Virus record (IMG/VR): IMGVR_UViG_3300023313_000003
Location: 1 to 64,000 of that record
DNA: 64,000 bases
Reading direction: 5' to 3' (one strand)
DNA from: a virus
Below the pieces are notes generated by a model. The model was not told the origin of the DNA. It searched no databases and saw only the letters and a program-made list of their open reading frames with translations. Every line of letters starts with the position of its first letter. Position 1 is the first letter of the stretch. Shown in pieces: positions 1 to 9,292 of this stretch. The translations under genes and the position numbers were made by a program.

Positions 1-113
1 CTCAGCATATTTAAGTTCATAATTATTAAGAACATAACTTATTACACGTTTTATTTCTTTAGGTTGTTTATTCCATTTTCCGAATTGGAATAAGAAGCTT
101 CTCATTTTCATAA

Positions 114-314
114 CTATTCCTTGTCAAAGAACCACTGGATCTCTATTCCAGCACGAACACCTCTTTCCTTAAGATGTTCATTTATTTTATCTAAGTCTTT
201 CTTAAGCTTGGGTGTGAAGATGTTATCAATAATATGTTTAGCATATTCAACATCATCTTCACTAATTTCAATTTTAGGCTGTAGCTTCTTCTTTTTGAGC
301 ATCTTGTTTAGCAT
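114..314 (-). CDS. hypothetical protein (66 aa)
   Basis: ORF tightly packed in the minus-strand operon; no motif recognised. Confidence 0.6.
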   Translation of the reverse strand: MLNKMLKKKKLQPKIEISEDDVEYAKHIIDNIFTPKLKKDLDKINEHLKERGVRAGIEIQWFFDKE

Positions 315-768
315 CTTTAGATTCCTCTTTTAGTTTAGCTGAAACTTGATCATTTATAGTTTTCATTTCTTCTTGAAATTTAACATTAAATTCCTTCATG
401 AAGTCTTCTCTTGAAGAGTCTTTGTTAGCACCTAAAGTATTATATATATGATCAGCTAAAAGATTTCTTGTTGCTTGAGATAGGAGTTCTATATTATAGA
501 TTTTACTTTCTTGGTTAGTTAAAAACTCATGAATTAAAACCTTATACATCCCACCATATTTTTTATCTAAGCTTTCTTCTATTTTTTTGATTTGATTATT
601 AATAAAGCTAAGTTGGTTTTTTAATTTCTCTTGGAATGAGTCTTCAAGCTTTCTAAACAATTTCTTAATTTTACCTTTACTTGAATCTTGTAAAGAATCA
701 TCTGTATGTGCTTCTTGATCTACATAATCATTAATTGTTTCTTCTACTTGTTCGCTTGTTTGATCCAT
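274..768 (-). CDS. hypothetical helical protein (164 aa)
   Basis: ATG ORF overlapping the end of the RuvC-like gene, GGGGA upstream. Confidence 0.7.
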   Translation of the reverse strand: MDQTSEQVEETINDYVDQEAHTDDSLQDSSKGKIKKLFRKLEDSFQEKLKNQLSFINNQIKKIEESLDKKYGGMYKVLIHEFLTNQESKIYNIELLSQATRNLLADHIYNTLGANKDSSREDFMKEFNVKFQEEMKTINDQVSAKLKEESKDAKQDAQKEEATA

Positions 769-1334
769 TTTTCATCCCCTAGTAATCCGTTTTTTATTAA
801 AATTGCTGAAACTAAAGCTAAAGCATCAGCTATGTCATTATCTTTTATTAAAAGTTCTAAGTCAAAAAAAGTATTCATTTCTCTAACTGATAAGTGTTTA
901 CCTGTTATCTTGCCTTTAGCTTTCTTCTCTCTAACTAATTTATTATGTGCCTTATCTTCTTTAGTCATTCTTATATGAAGAAGTTTTTTCCATTCTGAAG
1001 TTGATAGATAGAATCTTTCAATTTTATTATCTTCATTAAAAAGCATAGTATTAACTGCAAAATGAATAAATTCTAATTTCTTTTGATCGTACCTATTCCT
1101 GGCCATCTGATTCGTTTCTTCGATAACTACCCAATCGACACCATATATTCTTATTAGATTTTTTATAGCAAAAGCCATTGAGTTAGCCATATCTATAAAG
1201 TTAATTGGATAAATAATACTAGATTGATTTCCTACTGGCTTACGTTCTATTATTCCTTTATGGAGCAAATCACCTTTATCATTTAATAAGGCCCATCCTG
1301 AATGAGTTGAGAGGTCTAGCCCTAAGATATTCAT
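744..1334 (-). CDS. ruvC: RuvC-like Holliday junction resolvase
   Basis: RNase H-fold catalytic pattern: N-terminal ILGLDLS-x-SGWA, VVIEE, C-terminal DIADAL; lies in the recombination operon. Confidence 0.85.
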   Translation of the reverse strand: MNILGLDLSTHSGWALLNDKGDLLHKGIIERKPVGNQSSIIYPINFIDMANSMAFAIKNLIRIYGVDWVVIEETNQMARNRYDQKKLEFIHFAVNTMLFNEDNKIERFYLSTSEWKKLLHIRMTKEDKAHNKLVREKKAKGKITGKHLSVREMNTFFDLELLIKDNDIADALALVSAILIKNGLLGDEKWIKQANK

Positions 1335-1612
1335 TAGTCGTTAAACAGGTCTTCAATTCTATCTTCGCTATTTTCAGCATCTTGTGAAATAGTTTCAGCT
1401 TCGATTGTTACCTGTCCTTGGTTTTCATTTCGTCTTTTTTCTGTCTTAATTTGTGCTTTTTTGATAGCTTGTTTCTTAAGCCATCTCTTAAATAAGAAAA
1501 AGGCAATCATAATAAGTACAACTACTCCACCTTTAATCATAAGACCTTGAGGAGTTGTAGTTGCGATACTCTGAATTAACTTAATAACCTTCCCAATATC
1601 TATTGAATCCAT
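1334..1612 (-). CDS. single-pass membrane protein with basic, coiled-coil-like C-terminus
   Basis: Hydrophobic stretch GGVVVLIMIAFFLF followed by KRWLKK. Confidence 0.65.
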   Translation of the reverse strand: MDSIDIGKVIKLIQSIATTTPQGLMIKGGVVVLIMIAFFLFKRWLKKQAIKKAQIKTEKRRNENQGQVTIEAETISQDAENSEDRIEDLFND

Positions 1613-2535
1613 TTAAACCTCTGATTATCAATATCCCATAAACCTATGACTGACCTTCCTTTGACAGTCATAAGTCTAAGGATATGATTTTGGTCATGCT
1701 TAAACTTAAACTTTACTTTTCTTTTCATTACATACTCTTTATCAAGAGAAATAACACTAACTGAACTATTAGCATTAACATGTAATTTATTTTTTTTAAT
1801 TTTTAATGAAGGAACACTTAATTGATTAAATTTTCTATCATATACATTGATAAGATAACTTAATCTAATCTGAGTATCATCCATAATTAATGCACCATTT
1901 AATATGCAACTTCTTACTGAAGATAATGGCATTATATCGCTTAAGTTAAAGTTATATCTTCCATTAGTAAAAGTAATAGTAGAATCAAAACTACTCTCAC
2001 AGCCAAAGAAAACTAATCTAGCTTCTCCATTATACTCTTTAACATTAATAGATATATCTATATTACTAAGCTGCTTAACTTTAAAAGATTTTGCTATAAT
2101 ATATGATCCTTTAGGAATCTTTTTTATATAAACTAATCCTTTAAAATTATGAATTTCGATAGGTGTCTTATCAGCATTGGGGTACTCAGGCATAACTACA
2201 AATTCAATCACGCAACTCTTAATTACTCTTCCTGCAATCACAACAGGTATGGTTTGATTGCTAGTATATCTTAAGACTTCAGGAGAGCTTAATAGGCAAT
2301 CAGGAGAAGAGATCTTAATCTGTCCGTTATAGTACCCTTGAATATTCAAGTTAAGATTACTATATAATTCACCCTCTTCAATAGAGCAAATTGCTAGTCC
2401 ATGATGAACTTCACCACAAACTGAAAATTCAGCAGTAGTGAAGTTAGCATCAAAAGAAGACATACTCGAATCTTTAACGAGTACATTCCCACAACTAACA
2501 ATAAATAATATTATAGATAAAGCTATAATATTCAT
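1600..2535 (-). CDS. putative lipoprotein
   Basis: Likely start MNIIAL at 2535; hydrophobic signal ending in lipobox-like IVS|C; several further Cys residues. Confidence 0.65.
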   Translation of the reverse strand: MNIIALSIILFIVSCGNVLVKDSSMSSFDANFTTAEFSVCGEVHHGLAICSIEEGELYSNLNLNIQGYYNGQIKISSPDCLLSSPEVLRYTSNQTIPVVIAGRVIKSCVIEFVVMPEYPNADKTPIEIHNFKGLVYIKKIPKGSYIIAKSFKVKQLSNIDISINVKEYNGEARLVFFGCESSFDSTITFTNGRYNFNLSDIMPLSSVRSCILNGALIMDDTQIRLSYLINVYDRKFNQLSVPSLKIKKNKLHVNANSSVSVISLDKEYVMKRKVKFKFKHDQNHILRLMTVKGRSVIGLWDIDNQRFKWIQ

Positions 2536-2536
2536 A

Positions 2537-2917
2537 TTATTTTTTAACAACAAATTGTTTATAGACTTGATGACCTAAAACTTGAAAAGCAGTAAGTCCT
2601 GCACCACTTAATAAAGCTGGTAAGAAAGCTATATTCCCTGCAACCATAAGACCAACAAGAGTACCTATAGTAGTGAATAGAGAGATAAATAATAATTTAT
2701 ACTTGCCTAATAATTCACCAAATTGACTCTGACCAAATTTAAGTAGAATTTGCGAAGCGATAACAATAATTCCTAGAGTTGAAGCTCCTTTAAAATCTCC
2801 AATAGATTTAAAAAGAAAAGTAAAGAAATCACTATAACTAGCAACATCTACTTCTTGAGCGAATACTACTGATGAAAACACCAATAAACTTAATACTAAT
2901 AAACTAAACATTTTCAT
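2537..2917 (-). CDS. membrane protein with signal peptide and about 3 TM segments (holin-like topology)
   Basis: MKMFSLLVLSLLVFSSVVFA signal; further hydrophobic segments; GAGGA RBS. Confidence 0.65.
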   Translation of the reverse strand: MKMFSLLVLSLLVFSSVVFAQEVDVASYSDFFTFLFKSIGDFKGASTLGIIVIASQILLKFGQSQFGELLGKYKLLFISLFTTIGTLVGLMVAGNIAFLPALLSGAGLTAFQVLGHQVYKQFVVKK

Positions 2918-2926
2918 ATAATCCTC

Positions 2927-5278
2927 CTATTGATTAATATTTGAAAAACCACCCTTCTTGGTAATGGTTATGTTATTTGTGAATAATGACTTAAATTCTT
3001 CTGTATGATCTATTACAAATATTGTATCAAATCTTTCTTCTAATTCTTTTAATAATCTCATAGTTTGCGTCTTACCTGAAGAATCTAAACCTGTTAATAT
3101 TTCATCTAACATAAGTATGGAAAACGAGTCTCCTAAAGTTTTACATGTAATATCACTTAAAGCAAGGTTTATCGCTAAACAAATCCTACATCTTTCACCA
3201 CCAGATAAGCTATCATAACTACATTCTATATTTCCATTATATATTTTTTGGGAAATCTTCTCTTTAGTCTTCTTTCCTGTTTCTGTTACTGAGTCAATCT
3301 GAACTCTTAAAACTCCATTAAACAATGTTTCTAAGTAGATATTAGCTTGATCATTTAACTCACTTAAAAAAGAATCCATTAAATAAGATTTTATATATAC
3401 ACCTAATGCATCTTTCCAAAAATTACCCTTATCGACTTCAGATGAAACTTCTTCTTTATTTTCATAAAGCTTAGATAATTCAACTCCTAAATCATTAATT
3501 TCATTATTGATTGATACTAAACCTTCATTAAAAGGATTCTGCTTAAGTTTAACAGAATCAATCATTTTAGGATAAGGATTAATAGTTTTGCTTAGTTCTT
3601 CCAATTGACTAAAATAAGGATTTTCTTCTAATTCCTTTAATTCTTTATGTCTTAAATAAGGATTAACCTCATTTTTTATCCTAATTAACTCATTTGAGAA
3701 CCCATGCTTGCGACCTTTAATCTCTTCGATTTGTGCTGTGTAAGGATTAACTCTCTCATCTTGTTCTTTTATTTGCTTAAACTTACTAGTAATTGAGTTA
3801 TTTAAAGATTCTTGTTGTGAGTTTAAGTTTCTTATTCCAAATTCAATTTTAATATGTTCCTGTTTAGATTGCATTAAGTTATTGATTTTATTATCAATTT
3901 CATCTTTTTGCTTATAAATAATGTTCTTCTCTTCTATTCTACGATCAATAAACTCTATGCTATCTTTATTCTTTAAACCTTTATCTATAAGATTTTTGAC
4001 ATGTTTTTCGATAGAATTACTTGTCATTTCTTGTCTGCAAAAAGGGCAATCACTTCCAAGATTGTCTTTAATCTTTTGTTTTTCCTTTTGTATCTCTAAT
4101 CTTAGCTGATTATTTTCATTAACAACTATAGCTTTTTGAACTTCTAACTCTGAGATCTCGGATTTTACAGACTCAAGTTTACTAAGTTTATCTTTATTAG
4201 CTGCGATTTGACCTTCAAGGTCATCAGTATCAAGATGTTCAGTTTTCTTAATTTTTTCTGAAATTTCTGAAATTTCCTTAGTAATATCTGAAATTTCAGA
4301 GTTTAATTCTGCAATAGAGCTTAATCTTTTCTGTTCAAATTGATCTATATTACTAGTTGCTAAACTTATTTTTACTCTTAAATCTCTTTCAAACGCTTCT
4401 ATCTTTTCATTTACCGATTTAGTATTACTCTCCCGATCTAGTTCAAATTGAGTAATATTATTACTTATATTTTCTAAAGATGTTTTTTTATCTGATTCAA
4501 ATCTTTCAATAGAATGTTTAATGCCAGAAATTTTTGCTTCATGTTGTGAGTTATAAGTATCAGATTTACTTTTAAGTTCTAATAACTCTTCATTATGATC
4601 ATCTACCCACCTGGCACTACTTGAAATCATTTCATCTTTTTTTATTAATAGTGTATCATTTTTGCTTTCAACAGGAATTATCTTTCTATCTAAAGTTTCT
4701 AGTTGTTCTTTTTTTTCTTTTAGATCTTCCTTAACTACATCTAACATTTCATCATAAGCAGATAGATCACATATCTCACTTATTAATTCTTTCTTTTTAA
4801 TATCAGTAGCACTGAGAAACTTATCAACATTATCAAATTGACCAAAGTAAACTGATTTAGTAAATATTTCAGCATTAAACCCAAGTATTCCATCAAGCAA
4901 TTTCTGTGTTTCTTTACTATCCTTCCCTCTTAATAAGACTTGATCTGCAACTCTTAGGATATAAAAGTCGTTATCATGGTCTTTATGTTTTCTATATCTC
5001 TTAATTATATACTGGCTACCCTGATGCTCAATTGTTAAGTGAACTAGTAAGTTCTTTTTTACATTCCAATTTATAACTTCATCAGACTTTAATTTTTTTG
5101 AAGTAACCCCAAATAATCCATAACAAATAATATCTAAGAAGGCAGATTTTCCTGCTCCAGTGTTTACTCCAAGGTCAACATCTTTACCTTCAATTAAAGT
5201 AAGCCCTTTATCTTCAAAATTATAATTAAATTCTTTATAAGATAAAAAGTTTTCAGCTTTAGCATTAATTATTTTCAT
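2927..5278 (-). CDS. sbcC: SbcC/Rad50-like (T4 gp46-like) ATPase
   Basis: ENFLSY, Walker A GAGKS, YFGQ Q-loop, long coiled coil with CPFC zinc hook, LSGGE signature, LDE Walker B, IDH; likely start MKIINA at 5278. Confidence 0.95.
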   Translation of the reverse strand: MKIINAKAENFLSYKEFNYNFEDKGLTLIEGKDVDLGVNTGAGKSAFLDIICYGLFGVTSKKLKSDEVINWNVKKNLLVHLTIEHQGSQYIIKRYRKHKDHDNDFYILRVADQVLLRGKDSKETQKLLDGILGFNAEIFTKSVYFGQFDNVDKFLSATDIKKKELISEICDLSAYDEMLDVVKEDLKEKKEQLETLDRKIIPVESKNDTLLIKKDEMISSSARWVDDHNEELLELKSKSDTYNSQHEAKISGIKHSIERFESDKKTSLENISNNITQFELDRESNTKSVNEKIEAFERDLRVKISLATSNIDQFEQKRLSSIAELNSEISDITKEISEISEKIKKTEHLDTDDLEGQIAANKDKLSKLESVKSEISELEVQKAIVVNENNQLRLEIQKEKQKIKDNLGSDCPFCRQEMTSNSIEKHVKNLIDKGLKNKDSIEFIDRRIEEKNIIYKQKDEIDNKINNLMQSKQEHIKIEFGIRNLNSQQESLNNSITSKFKQIKEQDERVNPYTAQIEEIKGRKHGFSNELIRIKNEVNPYLRHKELKELEENPYFSQLEELSKTINPYPKMIDSVKLKQNPFNEGLVSINNEINDLGVELSKLYENKEEVSSEVDKGNFWKDALGVYIKSYLMDSFLSELNDQANIYLETLFNGVLRVQIDSVTETGKKTKEKISQKIYNGNIECSYDSLSGGERCRICLAINLALSDITCKTLGDSFSILMLDEILTGLDSSGKTQTMRLLKELEERFDTIFVIDHTEEFKSLFTNNITITKKGGFSNINQ

Positions 5279-6254
5279 TTCTAACCCTTTGAAGATACTT
5301 AGCAAGCTCTTCTTTATTTAGATGTGTATCTACATTTTCAAGATACTGGTTAACGACTTCCATTGGCTTATGAATTTGATGTGATTCAATTCTTCTTTTA
5401 GTTTCTGACAAAATATCAGTAGTTAAGGAAAAGGATTCAACACCTAGTAACTTCTGTATTTTTTCTTTTTTTGTTTTTAAACAAAAATTTCTATCACCCT
5501 TAAGAACAACTTTGATAATTGAGTTTTCTTCTAAACCTTCAACTTTTTTAGGTAATTTATTTTCAAATACCAATTGAATATGTTTTCTACATTTTGTTTC
5601 AATTGGGATAAGTTTTGCTCCACCTTCTTCTACTGACCATATAAATTTATCTTGGTTGGCTTCTGCAAAAGAAACTGTAAATGGTGAACCAAAGTAAGTT
5701 GCGTTACCTACTGTTTGATGTGTGTGGTAATGTCCTGTTAGAACTAAATCAAAATCAATTAAATCTTCAGGTGTGATAGAACTTTCATCTACTACATAAT
5801 CTGATTGCTTTGCACCCATGATTCCTTGGTGTATCAAAAGCTTTTTATGTCCTTCTTTTTTAGCAATATCTAGCTCCGCTAAGATTTCCTTATTTGTGTG
5901 ACGATAAGGAATTGCATACCAATCTTCCATAATTAAACGTGGAGAGTCTATTACTTCAGTATTGGATAGAGACTTCATAAATTCAAGACTATGATCTAAA
6001 TGGTTATGATGATTGTTTAAATCATGATTACCAATTAAAATATACTTATTAACTGAACTATATCTAGTAAACAGATCAACTATTATAGCTACAAATTCAC
6101 TTCGTAATGATGCCTTTGTATCGTTTAGATCTCCACCTATATATAAAGGACAACCTTTATCCATTGCTTGTTGCAGGGCCAGTTCTAACACTTGCCTGAA
6201 TGGAACAAGATTTTTTAAATTACCATGAACATCTGATGTAGCTATAAAATTCAT
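5265..6254 (-). CDS. sbcD: SbcD/Mre11-like (T4 gp47-like) nuclease
   Basis: Metallophosphoesterase motifs SDVH, GGDLND, GNHD, GHYH, YFGSP; adjacent to sbcC. Confidence 0.93.
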   Translation of the reverse strand: MNFIATSDVHGNLKNLVPFRQVLELALQQAMDKGCPLYIGGDLNDTKASLRSEFVAIIVDLFTRYSSVNKYILIGNHDLNNHHNHLDHSLEFMKSLSNTEVIDSPRLIMEDWYAIPYRHTNKEILAELDIAKKEGHKKLLIHQGIMGAKQSDYVVDESSITPEDLIDFDLVLTGHYHTHQTVGNATYFGSPFTVSFAEANQDKFIWSVEEGGAKLIPIETKCRKHIQLVFENKLPKKVEGLEENSIIKVVLKGDRNFCLKTKKEKIQKLLGVESFSLTTDILSETKRRIESHQIHKPMEVVNQYLENVDTHLNKEELAKYLQRVRNENN

Positions 6255-6256
6255 AA

Positions 6257-7396
6257 TTAATCCTCTGAGATATTAGTAGGCATTGTATTTCCTACATATT
6301 TTTCGGTATTAGAAGCATCCATCATAATAGAACCAAATAGCTCTTGATATTTATCAGGATTTTCTTCTAAAAATTGAGCAGCCTTAGTTGCGCCTTGAAA
6401 AGATTCCCCATCATACTGAAACCAAGAACCTCTAGTTTCAATCATTCCAAGTTTTGAAGCAAGATCTACCATTTCTAATTCAGTATTCACTAATCCTTTC
6501 ATATAAATCATATCAACATATCCAACTCTTCCAAGTCCTTCAGCCATCTTATTCTTTTCACAAGTCCAATTAGAACGCTGGCCTATTTGAACAGGTTTAC
6601 CTTTAATATCTTTAGTATTCTCAGCTAAGATTGGTTTATTTTCATCTTTAACTATTAAATAACGATATTGAACTTCGTGATAAAGTGACTCTCCACCATT
6701 AGTTTCATAGATAGTATTACCAAAAAAATCTACACCTTTAATTCTTGCTTGGTTTATAAATAAAACATAAGGCCTATGATTTCTTACAAATTCTCTAAAG
6801 AAAGGAAAGATTCTAGCAAGATAATTAGCTCTTGCTCCATGATCCTGTTTAGCTAGGTTAGCTATATTTTTCTGGTTAAGAGTTGTTGGCATTTCTTTTA
6901 CACCCATAGCTGCTATTGAATCCATTACGATTCCTCCAACTTTAACTCCATCTTCTAGTATAGCTTTATGTAATTTCTGTAAGATATGAACTTCAAATAT
7001 CTTTTTAATATTGACTTCTCTAATAATCAAAACTCTCTTAGTATCAACACCATTAGCTCGCATCCATCTAACTGTAGACTCAAACTCAAATCCAAGTTCA
7101 GCATCAACGAATACACAAATAAATTCAGGATCAACTGCTAATATATTCTTGATTCTATCAAGAGCAATCATTGTCTTTCCTGCTGACTTTGGGCCATACA
7201 TTAATTCCATAGCTCCAAATTGAAACCCAGCAGCGGTACTCCATGACATTGATGGAGATGTTGAAAAGAAATTCTCTCTTTGAGGAACTTCTTTAGCCAT
7301 ATCTTCAACAATGGTATCAGCACAATACATTTTTTCTTCTTTTAAAAGACTTCCAAATAAACTTTTAGGTTTATCTTCCTGTTTTTTCTTTGCCAT
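6257..7396 (-). CDS. recA: RecA/UvsX-like recombinase
   Basis: Walker A GPKSAGKT, FVDAE, MDSIAAM, FINQAR, GGESL, KNK, RecA-like C-terminal GSWFQY..QG. Confidence 0.92.
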   Translation of the reverse strand: MAKKKQEDKPKSLFGSLLKEEKMYCADTIVEDMAKEVPQRENFFSTSPSMSWSTAAGFQFGAMELMYGPKSAGKTMIALDRIKNILAVDPEFICVFVDAELGFEFESTVRWMRANGVDTKRVLIIREVNIKKIFEVHILQKLHKAILEDGVKVGGIVMDSIAAMGVKEMPTTLNQKNIANLAKQDHGARANYLARIFPFFREFVRNHRPYVLFINQARIKGVDFFGNTIYETNGGESLYHEVQYRYLIVKDENKPILAENTKDIKGKPVQIGQRSNWTCEKNKMAEGLGRVGYVDMIYMKGLVNTELEMVDLASKLGMIETRGSWFQYDGESFQGATKAAQFLEENPDKYQELFGSIMMDASNTEKYVGNTMPTNISED

Positions 7397-7398
7397 AA

Positions 7399-7830
7399 TT
7401 AATCCCTACTTGATAAGTTTTTATAATAGTAATGGTTCTTTTCAAAGTCACCATGCTTCTGCACTAAATAACTCTTAATATCATCTAAATCATTATAGTT
7501 TTTTAAAAATTTAAGATAAGTTTCATCTGAAATTGCCTTAAACTCTTTATCTTTTACGCGGCCATCTGATTCAATAAAGCATATTGCTTCTGATTTTTTA
7601 CTTGAAGCTTTAGCATTTAATACTGATGAAGATAAACCAAATAATAGATCCGTACATTTATTCATAAGATTTAAAAACTGATAAGAAAGACTTTCAGCTT
7701 CTTGTAAAGGCATACCTAAAGCCCCCATACTAGATGAAGACTTAAGTAGTGACGATCCTCTTAAGATCATATCCATTGTTTCTTTATTTAATGCTAAAAA
7801 TTCTTCAGAACTTGCATATCTCTTATACAT
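7399..7830 (-). CDS. helical protein, possibly a UvsY-like recombination mediator
   Basis: Size, helical character and position between SSB and RecA; no diagnostic motif. Confidence 0.45.
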   Translation of the reverse strand: MYKRYASSEEFLALNKETMDMILRGSSLLKSSSSMGALGMPLQEAESLSYQFLNLMNKCTDLLFGLSSSVLNAKASSKKSEAICFIESDGRVKDKEFKAISDETYLKFLKNYNDLDDIKSYLVQKHGDFEKNHYYYKNLSSRD

Positions 7831-7838
7831 AACTACTC

Positions 7839-8723
7839 CTAAAATGGTATATCATCAGTTGAAAAGTTACCGAAACTTCCTTCATTAGCTACTGTTTGAG
7901 TCGCTTGATTTAATTCTGGTTGAACTGTAGCTTGTTGTTGCGTAGCTTGTGGCTGTTGTTGCGTAGCTTGATATAAAGGTTCACTTGGAGCTGTCGTATC
8001 ATTCTGTGGTGCTGGCTTTGCGTTATACTCTTTTGGTGCTGGAGCAGAAGGAGCAGATTTCTTAGATGAAGGAATATATCCTAATCTTAATATATTATTT
8101 AATTCTGCCTCTGACTTCATTGTATGAACATTATCTAAATCATGAAGCTCAGGTACATCAATTTTTCTAATGTCATGCGCTCCATCCAATACTTCAAAAG
8201 CATAATTAGTCTGTGCCTTTTGACCTGTTCTATTGCAATAAATTTTATAATTTCTATTAGGGTCTGTTACATTAGTGTTTTTTTGTTTCCACCAGAATCC
8301 TATCTTTTGCATTAAAGCTTCATGCGCTCTATAAGAAAGAGACATTGTTTTGTGCTGACCTTCTTCAGTAAGAAGTTGCCAAATATAAGTAGCTCTTGCT
8401 CCAATTTTACTCGCTTCTTCTTTCTTTTCATTCCCTTCTTTAAGTTTACCTTGTGCTAAAAGATTTTCACCTTCAATCATCATCTCAGAATGTTTCTTAC
8501 ATATTGGACAAATCTCTTCTGATCCTGCTTTCTTACTAGCTAAACATCTAATTGGTATCATGTTATTATTTTCATTAGAAAAACCCCAATGCAGTCTAAT
8601 AAAAGCATAAAGCTTATTAGGTGCAAAAGGTGGCAAGATTCTAAACTTATGCTCACCATTTTTTAACTTGTAGTTTTCTACTTTTTTAAAACTTCCAAAC
8701 ATTTCATCATTTAATCCGTACAT
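7839..8723 (-). CDS. ssb: gp32-like single-stranded DNA-binding protein
   Basis: FRILPP, H-W, C..CPIC zinc-type motif, TDP..G..T.Y as in phage gp32-type SSBs; Pro/Gln linker; C-terminal DDIPF. Confidence 0.85.
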   Translation of the reverse strand: MYGLNDEMFGSFKKVENYKLKNGEHKFRILPPFAPNKLYAFIRLHWGFSNENNNMIPIRCLASKKAGSEEICPICKKHSEMMIEGENLLAQGKLKEGNEKKEEASKIGARATYIWQLLTEEGQHKTMSLSYRAHEALMQKIGFWWKQKNTNVTDPNRNYKIYCNRTGQKAQTNYAFEVLDGAHDIRKIDVPELHDLDNVHTMKSEAELNNILRLGYIPSSKKSAPSAPAPKEYNAKPAPQNDTTAPSEPLYQATQQQPQATQQQATVQPELNQATQTVANEGSFGNFSTDDIPF

Positions 8724-8740
8724 AATTTTCTCCTTTTTGT

Positions 8741-9292
8741 TTAATTATTGCTATTGTACTTTGGGCCATATATTATTGATTGAGATAGTTGTCCATTGAG
8801 AACTACATCATTCATCACATGCATCATTTCAACAAAATCATCACTGAATTTTGAAGGTATTAGCCAGTTTAAATCTCCTAATACACAATCTTCTCGATAA
8901 GGTGTTTCTACCTCATTCTTATTTAAAGCAGTTGTTCCTTCAGAAAGCAGCCAACAAAAATCCATATAAGTTGTTGCTACCTTATTGTCAGTTACAATCT
9001 CTTTGGGAAAGTATGAAGGAAGACTTGAAGCTATTGAAAAGGAAACTGTATTTTTATCTTTATTGTAATTAATTTCAGAAGCATAAACTCTATTGCCTCT
9101 CATAGTTGTTCTTGCAATTACAACATTTTCTAAATCTTCTGGCCATTTTTCTACTTCTCCAACAAAAGTTTCAATATCTAAATATATAACTCTTGCCTCT
9201 AAACCTATTTCTTCTTCAGCTTGCTTAAGAGTCAAAACATCAAATTTTAATTCATCGACCTCTCCTAGCTCTTTCTTCATTTCTTCATTCAT
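8741..9292 (-). CDS. hypothetical acidic protein (183 aa)
   Basis: Coupled to dnaE by TAATG overlap; GGAGG RBS. Confidence 0.7.
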   Translation of the reverse strand: MNEEMKKELGEVDELKFDVLTLKQAEEEIGLEARVIYLDIETFVGEVEKWPEDLENVVIARTTMRGNRVYASEINYNKDKNTVSFSIASSLPSYFPKEIVTDNKVATTYMDFCWLLSEGTTALNKNEVETPYREDCVLGDLNWLIPSKFSDDFVEMMHVMNDVVLNGQLSQSIIYGPKYNSNN

